Source: Nocardioides sp. (lineage in GTDB: Bacteria; Actinomycetota; Actinomycetes; Propionibacteriales; Nocardioidaceae). Taken from it: DNA of 64,000 nt. The stretch is from the NCBI GenBank assembly GCA_020636915.1, contig JACJWV010000015.1:59218-123217 (forward strand), given 5' to 3'. Every line of letters starts with the position of its first letter. Within the stretch, counting starts at the first letter, position 1. A model generated the notes under the pieces. It did no database searches. It saw nothing but the letters and a program-made list of their open reading frames with translations, and was not told where the DNA came from. Shown here piece by piece: positions 1 to 10,407 of this stretch. Made by a program: the position numbers and the translations under genes.

Positions 1-1671
1 GACTACTGGGACGAGGTGCTCGACCCCGGCGCGGTGGCCGGCCCGCTCGCGCTCGACGAGGACTCCGCCTTCATCGCGAGCCTCGGCAGCAGTCGCTCGC
101 CGCGGATGCGGGACGTGCTCGGCACCATCGCCGCGGACCAGGACGCGATCATCCGCGCCGGGTCGCGCGGCGCGCTCGTGGTCGACGGTGGTCCGGGGAC
201 GGGCAAGACCGTCGTGGCACTGCACCGCGCGGCGTACCTCCTCCACGCCGACCCGCGCCTGGGCAGCCGCCGCGGCGGGGTGCTCTTCGTCGGGCCGCAC
301 CGTGCCTACCTCGCCTACGTCGCCGACGTGCTGCCGAGCCTGGGCGAGGAGGGGGTCCAGACCTGCACGCTGCGCGACCTGCTACCCGAGGGGGCCGCGG
401 CCGTGCCGGAGGTGGACCCGGAGATCGCCCGGCTCAAGGCGACCGCGGCGATGGTCGCGGCGGTCGAGCCCGCGGTGGCGCTCTACGAGGAGCCCCCCAC
501 GCGCGGGGTTCTGGTCGAGACCCCGTGGGTCGACCTGTGGGTGGCGCCCGAGGACTGGGCCGAGGCGTTCGCCGCGGTCGATCCCGGGACGCCCCACAAC
601 GAGGCCCGCGACGAGGTCTGGGAGGCGCTCGCGACGCTCCTGGTCGACCGGTGTGACGCCGACGTCCCGCCCGAGCAGCTCCGGCGCGCGCTCACCCAGG
701 ACGAGGCGCTGGTCGATGCCTTCGGCGGTGCCTGGCCGCGTCTCGACCCGGCCGAGCTGGTCGGCGACCTGTGGTCGGTGCCGGCGTACCTGCGCCGCTG
801 TGCTCCCTGGCTGGCGCCCGACGAGGTACGCCGGCTGCAGCGTGCGGACCCGCAGGCGTGGACGACGTCCGACCTGCCGATGCTCGACGCCGCCCGGCAG
901 CGGCTCGGCGACCCGGACACGTCGCGGCGGCGGCGCCGCGAGGAGGCGGAGCTGGCCGCCCAGCGCGAGGAGATGGCGCACGTCGTCGACCACCTGGTCG
1001 CGACCGACGACTCCGAGATGATGGTGATGTCGATGCTGCGCCGGGAGGACCTGGGCGCGGCGCTCGTGGCGGACGCCCAGGTCGGCGACCCGGACCTGCT
1101 CGCCGGCCCCTTCGCCCACGTCGTCGTCGACGAGGCCCAGGAGCTGACCGACGCGGAGTGGCAGATGCTGCTCCTGCGCTGCCCGTCGCGCAGCGTCACG
1201 GTCGTCGGCGACCGGGCGCAGGCCCGGCACGGGTTCGCGGAGTCGTGGCGCGAGCGGCTGCAGCGGGTCGGGTTCGACGAGGTCCGCGAGGCCACGCTCT
1301 CGGTCAACTACCGGACGCCGGAGGAGGTGATGGTCGAGGCCGAGCCGGTGATCCGCGCGGTCCTGCCGGACGCGAACGTGCCCACCTCGATCCGCAGCGG
1401 CGGCATCCCGGTCGTCCGCGGGTCGTACGACGACCTGGACCGCATCCTCGCCGCGCACACCGAGGGCACGGCGTGCGTGGTCGGCGACCCGTCGCTGCTC
1501 GACGGCCCGCGGGTCCGCTCGCTGCCCCCCGAGCTCGTCAAGGGCCTGGAGTTCGACCTCGTCGTCCTCGTCGACCCGGAGTCGTGGGGCGCCGTCGACC
1601 GCTACGTGGCGATGACCCGCGCCACCCGGCAGCTGGTGCTGCTCGAGCGGCGCGGGTCGGTTGCCCTATGA
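1..1671 (+). CDS. helR: HelD/HelR-type RNA polymerase recycling SF1 ATPase (5' end outside window)
   Basis: Frame open from base 1 (DYWDEVL...). Walker A GPGTGKT, Walker B VVVDEAQE, SVNYRTP, VKGLEFD, YVAMTRAT. The DYWDEV and PHNEARD segments fit the actinobacterial HelR subtype. Confidence 0.75.
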   Translation, partial: DYWDEVLDPGAVAGPLALDEDSAFIASLGSSRSPRMRDVLGTIAADQDAIIRAGSRGALVVDGGPGTGKTVVALHRAAYLLHADPRLGSRRGGVLFVGPHRAYLAYVADVLPSLGEEGVQTCTLRDLLPEGAAAVPEVDPEIARLKATAAMVAAVEPAVALYEEPPTRGVLVETPWVDLWVAPEDWAEAFAAVDPGTPHNEARDEVWEALATLLVDRCDADVPPEQLRRALTQDEALVDAFGGAWPRLDPAELVGDLWSVPAYLRRCAPWLAPDEVRRLQRADPQAWTTSDLPMLDAARQRLGDPDTSRRRRREEAELAAQREEMAHVVDHLVATDDSEMMVMSMLRREDLGAALVADAQVGDPDLLAGPFAHVVVDEAQELTDAEWQMLLLRCPSRSVTVVGDRAQARHGFAESWRERLQRVGFDEVREATLSVNYRTPEEVMVEAEPVIRAVLPDANVPTSIRSGGIPVVRGSYDDLDRILAAHTEGTACVVGDPSLLDGPRVRSLPPELVKGLEFDLVVLVDPESWGAVDRYVAMTRATRQLVLLERRGSVAL

Positions 1672-1686
1672 ACCTGGTGGCGCCGG

Positions 1687-2331
1687 TCAGACGTCGATGG
1701 GCAGGAGCACCCGGTCGATCGCGTGCGCGATCTGCGGGTTGCCCTTGTTGATGTCGACCGCGACCACGCGCGGGTTGCGCAGGTCGGGGTCGGCGTCGAC
1801 CAGCGTGACGACCTTCTTCTTCGACACCTTGACGGTGATCTTCCCGCCCTGCGCGGTCGTGAGCTTGGCGCCGTCGGCCTTGAGGACCTTCTTGGCCGTG
1901 AGCGTCTTGCCGGGGACGACGTGGTAGAGCAGGACCGTCTCGACGATGTCGACGCCCGCGGCTCCGGCGATCGCGTTGAATGTCTCCTCCTCGGTCGCCG
2001 GCGTCGAGCCGGTGAGGGCGCTCGCCAGCCTCTGGAACGCTCGGTCGGTCGGTGCGAAGGCGGTGAGCTTCACGTTCCCGTCAGCGAGGACCGCGACCGG
2101 GCTGTCCGGCTTGGCGCCCAGGACGGTGGTGACCGCAGCGTCGAGGATGTCGAAGTCCTTCCAGTTGCTGTCGTACTCGTGACCGTCCGCCGCGAGGACG
2201 TCGGCGAGGCTGCTGACGCCGCGCTCGGGCGCCGGTGCGGCCTGGGCCGAACCGGTCATGCCGACGAGGCCGCAGGCTGTGACGAGCGTCGTGGCGGCGA
2301 GTGCGGCGATGCTGCGCGTGGTCGTGCTCAT
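1687..2331 (-). CDS. Secreted fasciclin (FAS1) domain protein
   Basis: Signal peptide ending AQA; FAS1 motifs TAFAPTDRAF, LLYHVV, HAIDRVLLP; GGAGG RBS upstream of ATG 2331. Confidence 0.9.
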   Translation of the reverse strand: MSTTTRSIAALAATTLVTACGLVGMTGSAQAAPAPERGVSSLADVLAADGHEYDSNWKDFDILDAAVTTVLGAKPDSPVAVLADGNVKLTAFAPTDRAFQRLASALTGSTPATEEETFNAIAGAAGVDIVETVLLYHVVPGKTLTAKKVLKADGAKLTTAQGGKITVKVSKKKVVTLVDADPDLRNPRVVAVDINKGNPQIAHAIDRVLLPIDV

Positions 2332-2398
2332 GGTGGTGATCCCTCCCCAGGGTCGTGGCCGCGGCGCGGGCACGTCGTGGACTTGCGGACGTGGGGGC

Positions 2399-2426
2399 TT
2401 CGGACCGCTGTCCCGGGCCGGATTGG
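2399..2426 (-). promoter_or_regulatory. Putative SigK-like ECF promoter of the fasciclin gene
   Basis: Minus strand reads CCAATCC-N16-CCGAA, resembling the mycobacterial SigK promoter that drives the fasciclin proteins MPT70/MPT83. Confidence 0.5.
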
Positions 2427-2460
2427 TGGAAGGTTCAACCGTCTGGACCACCTGGCCCGT

Positions 2461-3630
2461 TCAGCCCAGCGCGACGGTGAGGGCGAGCACGGTGTCGGGG
2501 TCCTCCAGTCGGTCGCCGTACCGCTCGCGCAGCTGGCCCATCCGGTAGCGCACCGTCTGGGGGTGCACGAAGAGCGCGGCGGCGACGTCGTCGCGACGAC
2601 CCTGGTGGAGCAGCCAGCAGCGCAGCGTGTCGGTGAGCTTCTCGACGGTCGCCGGGCGCATCCCGTCCAGCGGCGCGAGCACCTGTGCGCGGAGGTCGGC
2701 CCGGGCCGAGTCGTCGGCCTGCAGCACCAGCTCGACCAGGTTCGCCTCGGTGTCGAGGCCGAGGTCGGCCGCCCGCGCGCGCAGCGCGCGCTCGTAGGAC
2801 GCGCGCACCTCCAGCCACGGCCGATCCGGTCCGGCGGTGCAGCCGCGGTCGGCCAGCGCGCGCAGCAGCGCCGCCCGCCGGTGCCCGTGCGCGTCGGGCA
2901 CGAGCAGCAGGACGCCCTCGTCGAGCTCGGGCGGGTCGGCCGCCTGGAGGGTGGCGGGCGCGACCGACGCCAGGACCGGTCGCACCTGTGACTCGGGCAC
3001 GATCACCGCCGTCAGCGTGCGGGGCGGCTCCCACCCGGCCCGCTCGGCGGCCGCGAGCACGGCGTCGGCGGGCGACCCGCCGAGCAGGTGGTGCGCGACC
3101 CGCTCCAGCAGCCGCTGCCGGACGCGCCCGGTGGTCGCGAGCTCGTCGGCGTGGCCGGCCACGCTGGCCGCCGAGAGCTCGTCGATGTAGGCGAAGACGA
3201 GCTCGGCGAACCCCACCAGGGTGTCGGCGTCCACACCCGCACCGACCGCGGTGGTGGACATGTCGCGCCACGCGACCCGAGCACCGATCCGGTACGCCGC
3301 CAGCAGCGCCTCGGTGGTGCGCCCGCTGCGGGCCTCGCCCCGGCCGAGCTGGTAGGCGCCCTCGACCGCCGGCGCCGTGGGCGTCCCGGGGTCGATCCCG
3401 CGCCGCCCGCTCGCCAGGGCGAGGAAGCCGCCGAGCGCCAGCTGGACCGCGTTGCGGATGTTCTCGCCCATCGAGCCGGACAGCGCGTCCTCGTAGCTGG
3501 GGACCTCGGCGATGATGGCGGTGACGACGTCGTCGGCGACCTGCGGCAGCTGGTCGCGCATCTGGGCGTACGCCCCGCTCGGCAGCCGGACCCCGTGGCC
3601 CGCCGTACGACGGGCGGTCCTGCGAACCAT
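2461..3630 (-). CDS. PucR/CdaR family transcriptional regulator
   Basis: C-terminal HTH LFVHPQTVRYR; divergent from the desaturase operon. Confidence 0.88.
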   Translation of the reverse strand: MVRRTARRTAGHGVRLPSGAYAQMRDQLPQVADDVVTAIIAEVPSYEDALSGSMGENIRNAVQLALGGFLALASGRRGIDPGTPTAPAVEGAYQLGRGEARSGRTTEALLAAYRIGARVAWRDMSTTAVGAGVDADTLVGFAELVFAYIDELSAASVAGHADELATTGRVRQRLLERVAHHLLGGSPADAVLAAAERAGWEPPRTLTAVIVPESQVRPVLASVAPATLQAADPPELDEGVLLLVPDAHGHRRAALLRALADRGCTAGPDRPWLEVRASYERALRARAADLGLDTEANLVELVLQADDSARADLRAQVLAPLDGMRPATVEKLTDTLRCWLLHQGRRDDVAAALFVHPQTVRYRMGQLRERYGDRLEDPDTVLALTVALG

Positions 3631-3655
3631 GGAAACCCCCTCCACTCACCTGTTG

Positions 3656-3672
3656 TTGTTCGCCGCGAACAA
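3656..3672. promoter_or_regulatory. Palindromic operator candidate TTGTTCGC-C-GCGAACAA
   Basis: Perfect 8-bp inverted repeat between the divergent PucR and reductase starts. Confidence 0.55.
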
Positions 3673-3738
3673 ATGTGACGTGGATCTTCACGTCCTCAGG
3701 TCATGATGTCACTCCCGGGGCGCAGCACACTGGATCCC

Positions 3739-4872
3739 ATGAGCATCGCCGTCCCGTCGGGCCAGTCGCGGGCCACCCGTGCGTCCGGCCCGGGCCTGAA
3801 CCTCCGCCAGCGCCTGCGCCGGGTCGCGGAGGCCGCGGTGACCCCGCTGGAGCTGTCCGACGTGCTCGACGTCTTCCACCCGCTGCGGCGCGGCGCCGAC
3901 CTGCGCGGCCGGATCATCGAGGTCCGGCGGGAGACCGACGAGGCCGCGACGATCGTCATCGAGCCCGGCCGCGACTGGAGCGGCCACGTGCCGGGGCAGT
4001 ACGTCCGCACCGGCGTCGACGTCGACGGCGTCCGCCTCTGGCGCACCTACTCCCTGACCCACGGCCCGCGCCCGGACCGCTGCATCAGCATCACCGTCAA
4101 GGCGATCCCGGGCGGGGTCGTCTCCGACCACCTCGTGCACCGGGCGCGCGCCGGCCAGATGGTCCAGCTCGCCCAGGCCGAGGGCGAGTTCGTGCTGCCG
4201 CAGCCGATCCCGGCCAAGCTGCTGCTGGTCACCGCCGGCTCGGGCATCACCCCGGTGATCGGGATGCTGCGCAACCTGTTCTCCCGGTCCACGCCGTACG
4301 CCGGCGACATCGTGCTGCTGCACTCCGCGATGACCCGCGACAGCGTCATCTTCGGCCCCGAGCTGCGGTCGTACGCCGCCCGCGGGCTGCTGCGCCTCGT
4401 CGAGCTCCACACCGACGTCGACGGCCTGCTCGACGTCGCCGACCTCGACACGATCGTGCCCGACCTGGCCGAGCGCACGGCGTACGCCTGCGGCCCGGCC
4501 GGGCTGCTCGATGCCCTGCAGGCCCACTTCGACGAGCGCGGGCTCGAGCTCGCGACCGAGCGGTTCCGCCCGGTGCTCGTCGAGGCGGGCGAGGGCGGCA
4601 CCGTCACCTTCAGCGGCGGCACGGTCGTCGAGGCCGACGGCGCGACCCCGATCCTCGACGCCGGCGAGGGCGCCGGCGTCCTGATGCCCAGCGGGTGCCG
4701 GATGGGCATCTGCATGGCCTGCGTGCTGCCCCTGAAGGAGGGCGCGGTGCGCGACCTGCGCAACGGCGCGCTGACCGTCGCCGTGCCGGGCGAGACCGGC
4801 CCGGGCGGCGTACCGATCCAGACCTGCATCAACGCGGCCGCCGGGCCGTGCCACGTCGACCACGGTGGTTGA
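3739..4872 (+). CDS. Ferredoxin reductase (FAD/NAD plus 2Fe-2S), partner of the acyl-CoA desaturase
   Basis: RTYSL, AGSGITP, ACGP, C-terminal GCRMGICMAC...C; precedes the desaturase as in Rv3230c-desA3. Confidence 0.9.
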   Translation: MSIAVPSGQSRATRASGPGLNLRQRLRRVAEAAVTPLELSDVLDVFHPLRRGADLRGRIIEVRRETDEAATIVIEPGRDWSGHVPGQYVRTGVDVDGVRLWRTYSLTHGPRPDRCISITVKAIPGGVVSDHLVHRARAGQMVQLAQAEGEFVLPQPIPAKLLLVTAGSGITPVIGMLRNLFSRSTPYAGDIVLLHSAMTRDSVIFGPELRSYAARGLLRLVELHTDVDGLLDVADLDTIVPDLAERTAYACGPAGLLDALQAHFDERGLELATERFRPVLVEAGEGGTVTFSGGTVVEADGATPILDAGEGAGVLMPSGCRMGICMACVLPLKEGAVRDLRNGALTVAVPGETGPGGVPIQTCINAAAGPCHVDHGG

Positions 4873-4911
4873 GGTGCTCCGAGCGAGGCACGAGCAAGGA
4901 GCCTCGAAACC
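4864..4911. repeat. REP-like imperfect palindrome GGTGGTTGAGG...CTCGAAACC
   Basis: Hairpin GAGGTGCTCC/GGAGCCTC; supplies the TGA stop of the reductase. Resembles intergenic repeats I recall from Nocardioides-type genomes; single copy in this window. Confidence 0.45.
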
Positions 4912-4952
4912 CGGTGAGACGAACGGCCACCGCAACCCGAAGGACTGATTCG

Positions 4953-6185
4953 ATGACCGCCATCACCAAGAAGCCCGTCAACCCCACCGCCCACCTCACG
5001 CCCGAGGACATCGAGCAGATCGGCGTCGAGCTCGACGCGATCCGGCAGGACGTGCTCGACGAGCGCGGCGAGCGGGACGCGGCGTACATCCGCCGGGTCG
5101 TCGCCGTGCAGCGCCGCCTCGAGCTCGGGTCGCGCGCGGTGCTCCTCGGCTCCGCGCTGCCGCCGCTGTGGGTGCTCGGCACCGTGGGCCTCTCGGTCGC
5201 CAAGATCCTCGAGAACATGGAGATCGGCCACAACGTCATGCACGGCCAGTGGGACTGGATGCGTGACCCCAAGATCCACTCGACCACGTGGGAGTGGGAC
5301 AACGCCTCCACGGCCGAGGGCTGGAAGCACGCCCACAACGAGATCCACCACACCTACACGAACATCGTCGGCAAGGACAACGACCTCGGCTACGGGATCA
5401 TGCGCGTCGACGAGGACCAGCGCTGGGTGCCGGCGTACCTGCTCCAGCCGCTGTGGAACTTCGTCAACGCCTGTTTCTTCGAGTACGGCATCGCGGCTTA
5501 CGACCTCGAGCTGGGCCGCAACCTGCGGCTGCCGAAGGAGAAGCGGTCGGCCGAGTTCAAGGCCTCCGCGCGCCGCACGCTCGCCAAGATCCGCCGGCAG
5601 GCGACCAAGGACTACGTCGTCAACCCGGCGCTCGCGATCCCGTTCGGCGGCTTCCTCCCCACCCTCGCCGCGAACTTCACGGCGAACGTGGTGCGCAACG
5701 TGTGGTCGCACTCGGTGATCATGTGCGGCCACTTCCCGGAGGGCGTCGAGACCTTCGAGAAGAAGGCGATCCCGGAGAAGGAGACCCGTGGCGAGTGGTA
5801 CCTGCGCCAGATGCTCGGGTCGGCGAACATCTCCGGCTCGAAGGCGATGCACCTGATGACCGGCAACCTGTCGCACCAGATCGAGCACCACCTCTTCCCG
5901 GACCTGCCGAGCAACCGGTACGCCGAGATCGCGCCGCGCGTGGAGGCGCTCTTCGACAAGTACGAGCTCCGCTACCACGCCGCGCCGCTGCCGCAGCAGG
6001 TCTACTCGGCCTGGCACCGGGTCGTCCGGCTCTCGTTGCCCAACGGCTGGCTCGCGACCACCAACCGCTCGAACCTGCCCGAGCAGCTCAAGCTGCTGTG
6101 GGCGATGTCGACCAAGGGACCCAAGGTCCGCCGGGCCGCCCAGGCGCGCCTGCAGCAGCAGGCGCGACGTCAGGCGGCTGCCTGA
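4953..6185 (+). CDS. desA3: Acyl-CoA (stearoyl-CoA 9) desaturase, DesA3-like
   Basis: His boxes HNVMH, HNEIHH, QIEHH; ILENMEIGHN motif; AGGA RBS. Confidence 0.88.
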   Translation: MTAITKKPVNPTAHLTPEDIEQIGVELDAIRQDVLDERGERDAAYIRRVVAVQRRLELGSRAVLLGSALPPLWVLGTVGLSVAKILENMEIGHNVMHGQWDWMRDPKIHSTTWEWDNASTAEGWKHAHNEIHHTYTNIVGKDNDLGYGIMRVDEDQRWVPAYLLQPLWNFVNACFFEYGIAAYDLELGRNLRLPKEKRSAEFKASARRTLAKIRRQATKDYVVNPALAIPFGGFLPTLAANFTANVVRNVWSHSVIMCGHFPEGVETFEKKAIPEKETRGEWYLRQMLGSANISGSKAMHLMTGNLSHQIEHHLFPDLPSNRYAEIAPRVEALFDKYELRYHAAPLPQQVYSAWHRVVRLSLPNGWLATTNRSNLPEQLKLLWAMSTKGPKVRRAAQARLQQQARRQAAA

Positions 6186-6205
6186 CGGCGCGTGCGGCGC
6201 GGCGG

Positions 6206-6302
6206 GTGCGGGTATCGGCTGCTGACAGCCGATACCCGCACGACACGCCAGGTCGCATCGGGGTGTCGTGCGGGCCCTGGCTGCTGGCAGCCGAAACCCG
6301 CA
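6206..6302. repeat. Dispersed palindromic repeat family A, copy 1
   Basis: TGCGGGTATCGGCTGCTGACAGCCGATACCCGCA palindrome, GACAC/GTGTC linker, then a second palindrome; homologous copy at 53583-53678. Confidence 0.85.
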
Positions 6303-6303
6303 G

Positions 6304-7022
6304 CTATTCGTCCCCGGTCAGGTTGAACGCCCGCAGCCGCCGGCCGGTGAGCCAGGTGCCGCCGACGATCACGACCACGCCGGCGGCCAGCGCGTAGGTG
6401 AGCGGCAGCTGGGCGACCAGCGTCAGGCCGGCGACCCGGTCGGCGACCTCGGCCGACCAGCGGGTGATCGAGAGCCACCGCACGCCGTCGAGCAGCCCGC
6501 CGAGCAGCCCCTCCCACACCAGCAGGTAGACCAGGCCGACCACGACGGCGTGCCGGGTGACGACCGAGAGCAGCGCGAAGAGCGCGCAGTACGCCGTGCC
6601 GCCCAGCACCGACCCGAGCGCGAAGCCGACCGCGACGGACGGGTCGTCGGTGCGCAGCACCAGCCCGGCCAGCAGCATCGGCACCGACGCGAACGCCAGC
6701 ACGCACGCCACCGCCACGACCAGCTTGCTGAGGACGATCGTCGAGCGCGGCACGGGCTTCGCGAGCAGGTAGGAGATCGAGCCGTCGTCGATCTCCGGGG
6801 CGAGCAGGCCGGAGGTCGCGAGCAGCGCCACCAGAGGTACGACGACCACGAGACCGAGCCCGTACAGCGTGTGCTGCGAGCCCTCCTCGGACTGGCCGAC
6901 GAGCGCCCGGGCGAGGACCGCGAGCCCGACGAGCACCAGCGGCAGCACGAACAGCAGGACCCCGCGCCAGCGCCCGAAGATGCTCTTCACGCCCAGCCGC
7001 ACGATCGTCGGCGAGACCAGCC

Positions 7023-7026
<4 letters not shown>
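6304..7026 (-). CDS. ABC-2 type transporter permease
   Basis: Multi-TM; EIDDGSISYLLAKPVPR motif; start overlaps the stop of the upstream ATPase. Confidence 0.88.
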
Positions 7027-7933
<907 letters not shown>

Positions 7934-7937
<4 letters not shown>

Positions 7938-8854
7938 GGCGAGACCCTCCGGTAGCGCGCCATCAGGCCCGCGAGCGAGCCGCCGACGGCGAGCAGGGTC
8001 GCGACGACGTAGAGCACGCCCATCGCGGCGCCCTCGGGCGGCGTCGCGGTCGCCTCGGGGGAGTCGAAGAGGACCACCTGCACGCCGTTGACGAGGGTGT
8101 ACGGCGAGAACACCCCCGCGACCTGGCCGACGGTCTCGTGGCCGGACTCGTAGGAGATGCCCTGGATCGCGACGACGACGGTGTAGCTGACGAGCAGCAC
8201 GACGATCACCGCGGCGACGGCGAGCCCGCGCCGGATCGTCAGCGCCGAGACCAGGGCCGCCAGGCCGGACAGGCAGGCGGCGAGCAGCGCCGCGCCCACG
8301 AGCGCGCCGAGGAAGCGTCCGCTCTCGCGGGCGAGGGGCAGCCCGGCGAGCAGCCCGCCGACGTACATCAGGAGCAGCGGCGCCGCGACCAGCAGGAAGG
8401 TGGCGACCGTGAGGGAGGCGAAGCGGACCAGGACGTACGCCGACCGCCGCATCGGGCGTGCGAGGTAGAGCGTGATCGTCCGGAACCGGAGGTCGCGGGA
8501 GATCAGCGCCGGCGCCTGCGCGGCGACGAAGACCGAGATCAGCAGCTGCGTGGTGATCGGGTAGGTCGAGTAGGGGACGATCTGCTCGTCCAGGCCCAGC
8601 AGGTCCTTGGCCTGCACCAGGACGCCGACCAGGATCAGCGCCGGCAGGAGCATCAGGCCGAGCAGGATCATCGGCAGCACCTTCGACCGCGCCGACCGGC
8701 CCAGGCCGTAGGTGTTGCGCAGGCCGGTCGTGAAGAAGGACCGGGCGACCGTGGCCTCGCCGAGCCGCGGCCCGGCGTACGGGCGGTAGCCGAGGTCGTG
8801 GATGACGCCGCCGGGGGGCTCCGGGGCGACCGGGGACTCAGACGGGGTGGACAC
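7934..8854 (-). CDS. ABC transporter permease
   Basis: IHDLGYR, DLRFRTITLYLARP; multiple TM segments; in the ABC operon. Confidence 0.88.
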
Positions 8855-9770
8855 TGCCGGCGGCCCCCTCCCGGAAGACGTCCTCGATGCGGTGGTGGCG
8901 CTCCTGCATCCGCACCAGACCGAGGCCGAGGTCGACGGTGAGGTCGCGTACGACGTCGGGCGTGGTCTCGTCGCGCACCTCGACCTCGATCAGCGCGCCG
9001 CCGGCCGGGCGGGCGGTGAGCCCGGCGTCGACCAGCGCCTGGCCGAGCAGGCGGTCGGCGTCGGGTCGGCCCTGCACCTCCACGAGGAGGCTGCCGGTCG
9101 CGTGCAGGAAGTCGGTGGTCGCCGAGGAGCGCAGCAGCCGCCCGGTGTCGAGGATGACGACGTGGTCGCTGACCCGCTCGAGCTCGCCGAGCAGGTGGGA
9201 GGTGACGAGCACCGCGATGCCGAACTCCTCGCCGATCCGCTTGACCAGGCCGAGCATGTCGTCGCGTGCGGACGGGTCGAGCCCGTTGGTGGGCTCGTCG
9301 AGCAGGACCAGCCGGGGGTCGTGCACCAGCGCCTGCGCCAGCTTGACGCGCTGCTTCATGCCGGTGGAGTAGCCACCGATCGGGCGGTAGCGCTCCTCGG
9401 CCAGCCCCACGTGGCGCAGCACGTCGGAGGTGCGCTCGCGCGCGGCGGCGTACGGGAGCCCGGACATCTGCCCCAGGTGCACGACCAGGTCGCTGGCCGA
9501 GACGTCGGCGGGCAGGCAGTCGTGCTCGGGCATGTAGCCGACGAGCGCCCGGATCCGCGCGCCCTCCGCCGCGACGTCGTGGCCGAGCACCCTCGCGGTG
9601 CCGCTGGTCGCCGGGACCAGGCCGAGCAGGATCTTGATGAGCGTCGACTTGCCGGCACCGTTCGCGCCGACCAGGCCGGTGACCCCCTCCCCGACCGTCA
9701 CGTCGAGGTGGTCCAGCGCCGTGACGCGCGGGTACGCCTTCGTCAGCCCCGCGGTCACGATGACGGCCAC
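8838..9770 (-). CDS. ABC transporter ATP-binding protein
   Basis: GANGAGKS, YSTGMKQ, LLDEP, TSH; TAGGTT -10 box just upstream, probably leaderless. Confidence 0.95.
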   Translation of the reverse strand: MAVIVTAGLTKAYPRVTALDHLDVTVGEGVTGLVGANGAGKSTLIKILLGLVPATSGTARVLGHDVAAEGARIRALVGYMPEHDCLPADVSASDLVVHLGQMSGLPYAAARERTSDVLRHVGLAEERYRPIGGYSTGMKQRVKLAQALVHDPRLVLLDEPTNGLDPSARDDMLGLVKRIGEEFGIAVLVTSHLLGELERVSDHVVILDTGRLLRSSATTDFLHATGSLLVEVQGRPDADRLLGQALVDAGLTARPAGGALIEVEVRDETTPDVVRDLTVDLGLGLVRMQERHHRIEDVFREGAAGSVHPV

Positions 9771-9860
9771 GTGCCCAACCTAGTGGTCGCCACCACACGG
9801 CGTCGTGGCTGCCGTCCGGGCCCGCTCGGGGCCGCTCCGCGGGTCCGGCATGCTGGGGGC

Positions 9861-10256
9861 ATGCGCTTCACCGAGCACGAGCTGACCGCGGCCCTGACCG
9901 GCGTCGCCAAGAGCGTGCTGGCCACGCAGGACAAGGACGTCCGCAAGGGCCGGCGCACCGAGGACGAGGCGTGGAACGCGCTCTCGAAGTTCCAGCGCTT
10001 CCAGCTCCTCGACGGGCTCGGCGACCAGCTGCTCCCGGTGCTCGTGGCGCTGCCCGACGTCGAGGTCGCGGCCGGGTCGCGGCCGGCGTACACCCCCGAG
10101 CAGGTCACCGCCACCGTCGAGGCGAGCCTCGCCGACGAGCGCGGGCTGCGACGCAAGGCCCTCCTGGCCGGGCGGGTCGCCCTGGTCCAGCTCGCGCTCG
10201 AGTGCCTGCCGCCGCGCAGCGACCCGGACGCGCTCACCGTGCCCGACCACCTGTGA
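9861..10256 (+). CDS. Hypothetical protein (131 aa)
   Basis: ATG-started ORF with GC3-biased codons filling the gap; no recognised motif. Confidence 0.65.
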   Translation: MRFTEHELTAALTGVAKSVLATQDKDVRKGRRTEDEAWNALSKFQRFQLLDGLGDQLLPVLVALPDVEVAAGSRPAYTPEQVTATVEASLADERGLRRKALLAGRVALVQLALECLPPRSDPDALTVPDHL

Positions 10257-10333
10257 GCACCTGACGGACCTCCGGCTGTCCAGCCGCAGCGGACCCGTCG
10301 CTGGTCTGGACCCGGCGGGCTGCGCTTCGCGAA

Positions 10334-10380
10334 AGGATGGGGCGGCAGGATGGGCGGCAGGACGGGCGGCAGGACGGGGG
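10334..10380 (+). repeat. Short G-rich tandem repeat AGGAYGGGCGGC, about 3.7 copies
   Basis: 12-13 bp units read directly, upstream of the 10408 gene. Confidence 0.7.
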
Positions 10381-10407
10381 CCGGGCGGGACGGCGAGGGG
10401 AGGGTCG

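Noticed and set aside
3675-6185. 836-aa reductase-desaturase fusion or frameshift
   Set aside because: The upstream part is an off-frame read of the reductase gene; the desaturase has its own RBS and ATG at 4953.
10334-10400. Functional G-quadruplex
   Set aside because: G-runs are present but loops are long, and such runs are common at this GC content; no independent support.
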